Shown here piece by piece: positions 46,412 through 54,173 of a stretch of DNA of 58,591 bases. The notes beneath the pieces were generated by a model, which ran no database searches, was not told where the DNA came from, and saw nothing but the letters and a program-made list of their open reading frames with translations. Source of the DNA: Verrucomicrobiota bacterium (GTDB taxonomy: Bacteria > Verrucomicrobiota > Verrucomicrobiia > Opitutales > JABDGR01). Every line of letters starts with the position of its first letter. Positions within the stretch are counted from its first letter, which is position 1. The position numbers were made by a program, and so were the translations under genes. The stretch spans positions 1 to 58,591 of the forward strand of contig JABDGR010000002.1 of NCBI GenBank assembly GCA_013285985.1. The letters are read 5' to 3'.

Positions 46412-46439
46412 AGAGGACTCTAATTTAAAGAGTACTCTA
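46412..46439 (+). promoter_or_regulatory. two copies of an 11-mer (AGAGGACTCTA / AGAGTACTCTA, 17 bp apart); the second contains the perfect 10-bp palindrome AGAGTACTCT ending 3 nt before the ATG at 46442
   Basis: Read directly from the sequence at 46412-46422 and 46429-46439. A degenerate copy, AGAGCACCCTA, sits at 47098-47108 in the same position relative to the ATG of the paralog at 47111. Confidence 0.3.
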
Positions 46440-46441
46440 TC

Positions 46442-47059
46442 ATGAATGAAGAAATGACCCAACCGCCGAGCCAGGCCGAGGCGCGTGCCGCCCTGGCCGA
46501 GGTGGATCGCATCATCGACCAAACGCGCCGGGCTCTGGCGCAAGGGCCCTCGGCGGCGTTGCTGATTTTGTGGGGCTGCATTTGGCTGGCCGCTGACGTG
46601 ACGACTCAGTTTTACCCCGCAGCCATGCAATGGCTCTGGTGGGTGTTGGATGGCGTTGGAATTTTAGGCTCGTGGTGGATCGGCGCTTGTCATGGCGCGA
46701 AAATCAAGAGTCCGGGTGCTTGGCGTTACGGAGTCTTTTGGTTGGTGCTGTTCGCCTATGCCGCGTTGTGGGTGTGCCTGTTGTTGCCGGTGAACTGGCC
46801 GCAGACCGATCTGCAGTGGGAACATTTCGAGCCGGTTTACCGGCGCATCACCGCTTATATCCACACCATTCCCATGTTTGCCTATGTTGTAGGCGGATTG
46901 TGGCTTGGGCGCTTCTTCGTCTGGCTGGGCTTGTTGGTCACGGCGCTCATTGTGGTCGGGCTGTGGTTCGTGCCGCACTATTATTATCTCTGGCTGGGTA
47001 TCGCCGGCGGCGGGTCGCTCATCGTCGCGGGTGTCTTCATCCGCAAATTTTGGAAATAA
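46442..47059 (+). CDS. hypothetical polytopic membrane protein, 205 aa, paralog 1
   Basis: MNEEMTQPPSQAEARAALAEVDRIIDQTRRAL, then about 5 TM segments, ending GVFIRKFWK. Confidence 0.65.
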   Translation: MNEEMTQPPSQAEARAALAEVDRIIDQTRRALAQGPSAALLILWGCIWLAADVTTQFYPAAMQWLWWVLDGVGILGSWWIGACHGAKIKSPGAWRYGVFWLVLFAYAALWVCLLLPVNWPQTDLQWEHFEPVYRRITAYIHTIPMFAYVVGGLWLGRFFVWLGLLVTALIVVGLWFVPHYYYLWLGIAGGGSLIVAGVFIRKFWK

Positions 47060-47110
47060 ATTCAGGCTGAAATCCTACTTAATCACTTTTAAACAACAGA
47101 GCACCCTATC

Positions 47111-47728
47111 ATGAACGAAGAACCTAATCCCCCGCCCAACCGCGACGAAGCCCGCGCGACCCTGGCCGCGATTGACGCCACCCACGCCGAGACTCGCCGA
47201 AACATTGGCAGTAGCGAGTTCGGGCCAAACATGATTTGGTGCGGGCTGCTGTGGATGGTGATATTTACGTATGTCCAGTTTCTCCCCGGCCCCGTATATT
47301 TGCTGTGGGTGCTTGCGGTGGCGTTTTTCGTTGCCTTTGCGGCGATGAAAAAACTCCGTCCGTCCCCCGTCAAGTCAGCCCCCGACTGGCGGGTCGGGGC
47401 GCTCTTACTGGTCATTCTTGGGTATGCCGGAATTTTTTGGGCTCTGCTGCAGCCGCAGGGGTTTCAAAAAAATTTACCATCGCCAGATGTCGTCATGGAG
47501 GCCCGAAAATTCGCCGCCTATGCCGTCATCGTTTCCATGTTCTTAAACGTTATTGTAGGCCTCACCGTACGGCCGAGCCGTTTTTTCGTTGGTCTGGGGT
47601 TGCTCATGACGGCGCTGGTTCTGGTCGGCTATTATTGCGTCCCCGCCTGGTTTTGTCTCTGGATGGCTGCGGTCGGCGGCAGTACGTTCGTTATCTCCGG
47701 CATCTTCATCCGCAAATTTTGGAAATGA
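47111..47728 (+). CDS. hypothetical polytopic membrane protein, 205 aa, paralog 2
   Basis: MNEEPNPPPNRDEARATLAAIDATHAETRRNI, then about 5 TM segments, ending GIFIRKFWK. Same length and layout as 46442..47059. Confidence 0.65.
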   Translation: MNEEPNPPPNRDEARATLAAIDATHAETRRNIGSSEFGPNMIWCGLLWMVIFTYVQFLPGPVYLLWVLAVAFFVAFAAMKKLRPSPVKSAPDWRVGALLLVILGYAGIFWALLQPQGFQKNLPSPDVVMEARKFAAYAVIVSMFLNVIVGLTVRPSRFFVGLGLLMTALVLVGYYCVPAWFCLWMAAVGGSTFVISGIFIRKFWK

Positions 47729-47731
47729 CCT

Positions 47732-48022
47732 ATGCCCGAACTCGACAAAATCATCCATTCGCCGGCCCGGCTCAAAATCATGGCCGCGTTGATGGCGCTG
47801 GGGCCCAGCGACCAGCTCGATTTTTCCACCCTCGGCACCACCCTGGGGCTGACGGACGGCAACCTCGGCGCGCACTTGCAGACGCTCGAGGAGGCCGGCT
47901 ACATCAAAATCGAAAAAACTTTCGTGGCACGCAAACCGCGCACCTTTGTGCGCACCACCACCCGCGGCCGCGCGCGCTTTGAGGAACACGTCGAGGCCCT
48001 GCGGGAAATTTGCAAAGTTTAA
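47732..48022 (+). CDS. winged-helix transcriptional regulator (HTH_34-like)
   Basis: LDKIIHSPARLKIMAALMAL...FSTLGTTLGLTDGNLGAHLQTLEEAGYIKIEKTFVARKPRTFVRTTTRGRARF matches the HTH_34 pattern. It starts 3 nt after the upstream stop. Confidence 0.8.
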   Translation: MPELDKIIHSPARLKIMAALMALGPSDQLDFSTLGTTLGLTDGNLGAHLQTLEEAGYIKIEKTFVARKPRTFVRTTTRGRARFEEHVEALREICKV

Positions 48023-48041
48023 CGGTTAACCCATTAAAATC

Positions 48042-48428
48042 ATGAAATGCTTCACCCACCGAAGTTCCGACGCCGTTGCCGTGTGCCGATCCTGCGGACG
48101 GGCCTTGTGCCCCGATTGCGTTGCGGAAGTCGGGCTTTCTTGTGCCTGCAAAAACCGCTGCGAACCGGATGTGGCAAAGTTCAACGAAATGCTCACTTGG
48201 GGCCGACCTGGGCCCCGGCCTGGGGCAGCGCTCCCAGTTGATTATTTCCGAATAATCTTCCTGATGGGAATGGGCCTGGCCTTCATCTGGTTCGGCTTGT
48301 TCTTCTTTGGCGGCCAGGGTGTAAATTGGTTTTTCGTCGCCATGGGAGGGCTCTTTTTCCTATTCGGTATTTCTCAATACTACATGAGCAAAAAACTTCA
48401 AAAATTCCTGGACAACAAGAAGGGCTAA
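48042..48428 (+). CDS. B-box-type zinc-finger membrane protein
   Basis: MKCFTHRSSDAVAVCRSCGRALCPDC has the pattern C-x2-H-x8-C-x2-C-x4-C-x2-C. Two or three TM segments follow (FLMGMGLAFIWFGLFFF, WFFVAMGGLFFLFGI). Confidence 0.65.
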   Translation: MKCFTHRSSDAVAVCRSCGRALCPDCVAEVGLSCACKNRCEPDVAKFNEMLTWGRPGPRPGAALPVDYFRIIFLMGMGLAFIWFGLFFFGGQGVNWFFVAMGGLFFLFGISQYYMSKKLQKFLDNKKG

Positions 48429-48484
48429 TCCCCTCTTGGAGCTCCCACAACCCCGCAAAAAACAATTTCCCATCCGTTAAAACC

Positions 48485-49456
48485 ATGAACACTCAAAATC
48501 CAAAATCAGCTCGAACCACCATCACGGTCCTCTCCCTGCTCTGCATAATTCTGGCCGGCGGGACCATCTATTCGCTCAGCCAGCTCCGCGATCTGGAGTC
48601 GGCCCAGGCCGATATGCAAAAAAAATTGGACGCCGAAGCAAAGGAAGCCAAAGACCTGGCGGCCGATGCGGCCCACTGGCGCAAACAGCGGGACAACCTG
48701 CTCGGGCAAAACAGCAACGCATCCAAACCGGCGGACGCGGACAAGTCTGCCAGCAAACGCATATTATCGCAGGATGAATTGAAGACGCTGGTAAAGAACC
48801 CCATGATGCAAAGCATGATCGCCTCGCAGCAATCGGCCGCCATCGCGATGACGTATAGCGCGATGTTGGACCACTTCAAACTCGCGCCGGAAGAACGTGA
48901 CTACCTGCAAAAGCTGCTCGTCGATAAGCAGATGGTCCAGGTCAACCTTGGGATGCAGATGATGAATGCGTCGATGTCCCCCGAGGACCGGGCGGCGCTG
49001 GGCCAGCAAATCGGCCAGGGCATGGCGGACGACGACGCGAAAATCAAGACCTTCCTCAATGATGACAAGGATTATGCTTACTACCAAACCTACACCCAGC
49101 AGGAGCCGGAACGGCTCGAGGTCGGCATGCTGCAGACCTCCCTCGGCGACAACGCCCTCAGCGCGGACCAGTCCGAGGCGCTGGCGAACCTGTTGAGCGA
49201 CTCACGCAACAGTTACCCGTTCACGGTGAATTTCTACGACCACCGCAATTTCGGCAACCCGGGGGTGATAAACTCCACCTCCATCAACAAGTTCCTCGAT
49301 GAGCAGACGCAATTTCAGGCCTCCCTCGTCGAAAAGGCCGCCGGGTTGCTGACGCCCGCGCAACTGGAAGCCTTCAAGCAAAATCAGGCGAACGTCCGAC
49401 AAATGACCCGAATGCAGATGAACAGCATCCAGCAACTGACCGGCAGCGGGCAGTAG
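48485..49456 (+). CDS. hypothetical membrane-anchored coiled-coil / Met-Gln-rich protein
   Basis: ATG at 48485 gives MNTQNPKSARTTITVLSLLCIILAGGTIYSL, a single TM anchor. A coiled-coil stretch follows (LRDLESAQADMQKKLDAEAKEAKDLAADAAHWRKQRD). No family recognised. Confidence 0.6.
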   Translation: MNTQNPKSARTTITVLSLLCIILAGGTIYSLSQLRDLESAQADMQKKLDAEAKEAKDLAADAAHWRKQRDNLLGQNSNASKPADADKSASKRILSQDELKTLVKNPMMQSMIASQQSAAIAMTYSAMLDHFKLAPEERDYLQKLLVDKQMVQVNLGMQMMNASMSPEDRAALGQQIGQGMADDDAKIKTFLNDDKDYAYYQTYTQQEPERLEVGMLQTSLGDNALSADQSEALANLLSDSRNSYPFTVNFYDHRNFGNPGVINSTSINKFLDEQTQFQASLVEKAAGLLTPAQLEAFKQNQANVRQMTRMQMNSIQQLTGSGQ

Positions 49457-49563
49457 GGAAGTCGTCTAATGCCCAGGCGCTGATTGCCACTGTCCAAGAA
49501 AGCGTGCAAAACGACGGGCGGGATTTATTATCGGTGGTTCGCCGGGAAAGCCGGTAGCCGCCG

Positions 49564-52500
49564 ATGAAACCCGTTCTTGTGCCCGTGGATTTTTCACCGC
49601 GCCTGCTCACGGGCGTGGCCGAAGCCGCCGCGGGGGCGTTTGCGGAGCAAATCACGCGCGAAAAAGGCCTGCCGGTCTCGCTGGTGCTAGCGCGCACATC
49701 CAGGCAACTGGACGGGCTGGCGGATGACTTGCAATTCTTCCATGAATTGGCCGGCAGGGAAAAAACATCGTGGGAGATTTTGCTTTATCCGGAATTGCCG
49801 GATGCGGGCGCCGAAGCGGCGGGGGTTGGCGGGGTCTTCGAACGGCAATGCGACCGGCTGGCCGTGCTCGCGGCTTTGGCGAAACGGGCCGAGAGCAAAT
49901 CCGCGCCCTCGCTGGTTATTGTCACGACCCTCGCCTCGCTCTTGCAGCCCGCGCCAAAGCCGGAGGACATGGCGGCGCGGGAAATCCGGCTGGCGCAAGG
50001 AGCAAGGGTGGATTTTCGCACACTGGCGGAAAAACTCGGCCACGAACTGGGCTATGACTGCGAGGCGTTGTGCGAAACGCCCGGGCAATACGCGGTGCGG
50101 GGTGGATTGCTCGACGTGTATCCCTTCAATGCGGCTGCGCCTGTGCGCCTGGATTTTTTTGGCGATGAACTCGAATCCATCCGCAGTTTTGACCCGACGA
50201 CCCAATTGACGGCGGAGACGCTGCGGGAAATTATTATTGCTCCAGCGCCGAAGGAGTTGGGCGGTGGCCCGCCGGCGGGCATCTTAAATTATCTGCCGAA
50301 AAGTGCCCACTGGATAGTCTGCGAACCTGCACGGCAGGCGGCGGAACAACCCGGGTTGTACACGGTGCCGGAAAAACTCGCGTCCATCCAGCCCACGCTG
50401 CAAACAATTCTCGATGCGCGGGCGGGCGCCAATGATTTTTGGGCTGGTTTGGGCGAGTTTGATGAAGCCGGCGGGCCCTTCGACGTCGACGCCGAACGGG
50501 TGGCTGCAGACACCGAGCCCACGCTGGCGCACCGCCCGCTGGCGAATATGCCGGCGCTCGGTCGCGCACGGCTGGAGAGCGACCAGGCTTCGCAACGGGC
50601 ATTTCTGCGCACGCTGGCGCAATGGTCGCGCGAAGGTACGGCCATCATCATCGTCACCCGCGCCGAGGGCGAGACTGGCCGCTTGCGGGAAATTCTCACC
50701 GAGGAAAAGTCCCTGCGTGACTTCTCCCCGAGAATCATTCCGGGCGATTTGGCCGCCGGCTTTCTGGCGCGTCCGGCCAAGGGGGCGCGGCTGGATTGGC
50801 CGTCGCTCGGAAAAAGCAAGGCGGTCGCGGTGGTGTCCGAGGGCGAAATTTTTGGGCGGCACCGCCAGCGCGTGGCGACGTTCCGCCCGCGGCGATTGCC
50901 GCAGCGGCACCGGGTGGACCAATTGCTGGATTTTTCCGAAATCGTGGAGGGCGACCACCTTGTGCACGTGGCCCATGGCGTGTGCCGGTTCCATGGACTG
51001 CGCAAGTTGACGACCCCTGGGCGCGATGAGGAGGTCATCTCCCTCGAATTCGCCGATGGGGTTGAGGTACATTTGCCGCTGCATGAGTCGCACCTTCTCT
51101 CCCGTTACGTGGGTCTGGCAAAAATCACGCCCAGGCTCGGCCGAATCGGCGGCAAAATCTGGGAGCGCACCCGCCACGAAGCCGAGCGCGCGACACTCGA
51201 TTTCGCGGCGCAATTGCTGCGTGTGCAGGCCGAACGCGACCAGCGCCCGGGTTTTCCTTTGCCGCCGGACGCGCCCTGGCAACGCGAATTCGAAGACGCC
51301 TTTCCGCATGAGGAAACACCCGACCAGCTGCGCAGCATCATCGAAACCAAGGCCGACCTCGAACGCGCGCGGCCGATGGACCGGCTGTTGTGCGGCGATG
51401 TGGGTTTTGGCAAGACGGAGGTGGCGCTGCGGGCCGCCTTCAAGGCGGTGCTCGGCGGCAAACAGGTGGTGGTACTGGCGCCGACCACCGTGCTCGTGCA
51501 GCAGCACTTGAACACTTTCCGCGAGCGCCTCGCGCCGTTTCCCGTTTCGGTCGAACAACTCAGCCGCTTCCGTCCGCCGAAACAGCAGAAGCAAGTGCTC
51601 GCGCAATTGCGCGACGGGCAGCTCGACATCGTCATCGGCACGCACCGCCTGTTGGGTGCGGATGTGCGGTTCAAGGACCTCGGCCTGGTCATCATCGACG
51701 AGGAGCACCGCTTTGGCGTGCGGCACAAAGAGAAACTGAAGCAACTCCGCGCGGATGTGCACGTATTGGCGATGAGCGCCACGCCCATCCCGCGCACGCT
51801 GTACTTTGCCCTGGTGGGGGCGCGCGATTTGAGCGTGATTGAAACCCCGCCGCGCGACCGCCTGGCCATTGAGACCGTGGTGAAAAGCTTCTCGCCGGAA
51901 CTCACGCAACAGGCCATCCGCCACGAACTGGGACGCGGCGGGCAGGTTTTTTATTTGCACAACCGCGTGGAGACGATTGAAGAATGCGCCCAGAACCTGC
52001 GTCGATGGGTGCCGGAGGCTCGGCTCGGCGTCGGCCACGGGCAGATGGACGCCGAGGATTTGGAGAAAGTGATGACCCGTTTCGTCGCCGGCGAATTCGA
52101 TGTGCTGGTTTGCACGACCATCATCGAGTCGGGCCTCGACATCCCGAATTGCAACACCCTCATCATCGAAGGCGCGGACCGCTTCGGCCTGGCGCAGCTT
52201 TACCAGCTGCGCGGGCGGGTGGGGCGCTTCAACCGGCAGGCCTACGCGTACTTGCTGTTGCACCGGCACGCCCGCTTGCTCGACCAAGCCCGCAAACGGC
52301 TGGCGGCCATCCGGCAATTCAACCAGCCCGGCGCGGGCTTCCGTCTGGCGATGCGCGACCTGGAACTGCGCGGTGCGGGCAATCTGCTCGGCGCGGAGCA
52401 GAGCGGTCACATCGTGGGCGTGGGCTTTGACCTTTATTGCCAGTTGCTGCGGCAGAGCATTGCCCGGCTTAAAGGCGAGCCGGCGGCCCTGGCCATCCGG

Positions 52501-53019
52501 GCGACGGTGCGGCTGGATTTTGTCATGGTCGGCGAAACAGCGGGCGCGGCTCCGGCCCTCATCACTGCGACGGATGACACGGGCGACCGCTACGCGGCCC
52601 TCAAGGAGGCGGACCTCGTCGGCCAGCAGGTTGCGCCCATTCCGGCCAATTTGCCAGCAGAGTATATTGCCGACACCCGCCTGCGCCTCGACCAATACCG
52701 CCGCCTGGCGCTGGCCGCCACCCCCGCCGAGGTGGCCGTACTCGCTGCTGCATTACGCGACCGTTTTGGGCCACTGCCCGAAAGCGCGCTGGCTTTGGTG
52801 AAGCTCACGGAAATTCGCGTCTGGGCGGAACAAAAGGGCCTCGTGGACGTCGAAACCGAAGGTAACCGGCTGAAATGCCGGAGCACCGGCCGGCGGGGCC
52901 AGCCGGCAGCTTACCTGCAGACCGGCCATCGCTTTCCCCGCTTGACCGCGACGAGGCCGCTGCCGAGAATGGACGAAGTCATTTCATTCATAAAACGCCA
53001 GGAGCCATTCCCGACATGA
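49564..53019 (+). CDS. mfd: transcription-repair coupling factor
   Basis: 1151 aa with Walker A DVGFGKTEVALRAAF, DEEHRFGV, helicase motif VI QLRGRVGR and a UvrB-homology N-terminus. Confidence 0.95.
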   Translation: MKPVLVPVDFSPRLLTGVAEAAAGAFAEQITREKGLPVSLVLARTSRQLDGLADDLQFFHELAGREKTSWEILLYPELPDAGAEAAGVGGVFERQCDRLAVLAALAKRAESKSAPSLVIVTTLASLLQPAPKPEDMAAREIRLAQGARVDFRTLAEKLGHELGYDCEALCETPGQYAVRGGLLDVYPFNAAAPVRLDFFGDELESIRSFDPTTQLTAETLREIIIAPAPKELGGGPPAGILNYLPKSAHWIVCEPARQAAEQPGLYTVPEKLASIQPTLQTILDARAGANDFWAGLGEFDEAGGPFDVDAERVAADTEPTLAHRPLANMPALGRARLESDQASQRAFLRTLAQWSREGTAIIIVTRAEGETGRLREILTEEKSLRDFSPRIIPGDLAAGFLARPAKGARLDWPSLGKSKAVAVVSEGEIFGRHRQRVATFRPRRLPQRHRVDQLLDFSEIVEGDHLVHVAHGVCRFHGLRKLTTPGRDEEVISLEFADGVEVHLPLHESHLLSRYVGLAKITPRLGRIGGKIWERTRHEAERATLDFAAQLLRVQAERDQRPGFPLPPDAPWQREFEDAFPHEETPDQLRSIIETKADLERARPMDRLLCGDVGFGKTEVALRAAFKAVLGGKQVVVLAPTTVLVQQHLNTFRERLAPFPVSVEQLSRFRPPKQQKQVLAQLRDGQLDIVIGTHRLLGADVRFKDLGLVIIDEEHRFGVRHKEKLKQLRADVHVLAMSATPIPRTLYFALVGARDLSVIETPPRDRLAIETVVKSFSPELTQQAIRHELGRGGQVFYLHNRVETIEECAQNLRRWVPEARLGVGHGQMDAEDLEKVMTRFVAGEFDVLVCTTIIESGLDIPNCNTLIIEGADRFGLAQLYQLRGRVGRFNRQAYAYLLLHRHARLLDQARKRLAAIRQFNQPGAGFRLAMRDLELRGAGNLLGAEQSGHIVGVGFDLYCQLLRQSIARLKGEPAALAIRATVRLDFVMVGETAGAAPALITATDDTGDRYAALKEADLVGQQVAPIPANLPAEYIADTRLRLDQYRRLALAATPAEVAVLAAALRDRFGPLPESALALVKLTEIRVWAEQKGLVDVETEGNRLKCRSTGRRGQPAAYLQTGHRFPRLTATRPLPRMDEVISFIKRQEPFPT

Positions 53020-54149
53020 TACTGCGGAAAGGAAACATTTTTTGGATAGCAGCGCTTTTTGGGGTCAGCAGCGCAACGGCCATCGCGGCGGACGCCCCTG
53101 CCGGAGCCTCGGTTGCGCCTGCCTCGGCAGATGATTCCGCGTCCGTGTCTTCAGCCGGGTTGAGGCAGACGCAATACACCAACGGGGTGGCCGCGGTGGT
53201 GAACGACAAAATTATCACCAAGGCCGAGCTGCAAAAGGAGTGCAAGCCGGTCATGGACCGGTTCGTCAGCTCCCTCGAGGGCAAATATCCCGACACCACG
53301 GAAGGGCACAAGGCCTGGGCGGAGGAATTACAAAAGCAAGGGGACGAGCTGGGCGCCGAAATGCTGCACAGCATGGTGGATCACATCCTCATCGTTAATT
53401 ATTTTCGCGACAAGGGTTACACCTTCCCGCAATCCTACCTCGACTGGCAATTTGACGACAGCATCACGACGCGCTTCAAGGGCGACCACGAGGAATATCT
53501 GCGCTACCTTTCCGCCAATGAGCTGACGGAGGAGGATTACCGCCGGGACCTCGAGGAAAACGACATCGTGGAATCCATGTTGCAGCAGTTGCACAAGTCA
53601 GTCACCGGCATCAGCCCTGACCGCATCAAGGCCTACTACGAAAAGAAAAAGCAGGACTTTTTCGTCAAGGAAGCGGCGCGGGTGCGCCAAATCACCCTCG
53701 ATTCCAAGCCGGTGGCGGATGAGGCGCCGGATCTTATCCAGCAGCTGGCGGCCAAGATCGTGCAAGAGGCCCGCCAGCCCGGCGCGAACTTTGCCGACCT
53801 GGCGAAGCGCTACAGCAGCGACCACACCGCCCGCAGCGACGACGTGCCGACCTACACTTATTACCGGGACGACAAAAACACCCTGCCGCCCAAGCTGCAG
53901 GAGGCCGTGTTCAAGCTCCAGCCCGGCGAAGTCAGCGACCCGGTGGCCAACGACCATTTCATTTTTATCTTCAAGTGCGAGGACCACACGGCCGAAGGCT
54001 ACCTGCCGCTGGAAAAAGTGCGCCGGGACATCGAAAAGCAACTCGCCGCGGACGACGAGAAGCAGACCACGGAACAGTGGCTGGAAAAACTGCGCAACAA
54101 GGCGTTTATCCAATATAATATGTACGGCCCGGAAGTGGCGGGCAAATAA
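53016..54149 (+). CDS. SurA-like/parvulin-type peptidyl-prolyl cis-trans isomerase (secreted)
   Basis: The ATG at 53016 overlaps the mfd stop by 4 nt (ATGA). Signal peptide MILRKGNIFWIAALFGVSSATAIA. Parvulin region FADLAKRYS...LQEAVFKLQPGEVSDPVANDHFIFIFK. Confidence 0.82.
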   Translation: MILRKGNIFWIAALFGVSSATAIAADAPAGASVAPASADDSASVSSAGLRQTQYTNGVAAVVNDKIITKAELQKECKPVMDRFVSSLEGKYPDTTEGHKAWAEELQKQGDELGAEMLHSMVDHILIVNYFRDKGYTFPQSYLDWQFDDSITTRFKGDHEEYLRYLSANELTEEDYRRDLEENDIVESMLQQLHKSVTGISPDRIKAYYEKKKQDFFVKEAARVRQITLDSKPVADEAPDLIQQLAAKIVQEARQPGANFADLAKRYSSDHTARSDDVPTYTYYRDDKNTLPPKLQEAVFKLQPGEVSDPVANDHFIFIFKCEDHTAEGYLPLEKVRRDIEKQLAADDEKQTTEQWLEKLRNKAFIQYNMYGPEVAGK

Positions 54150-54173
54150 TTCCCGAGGAAAACAAAACCCCGC

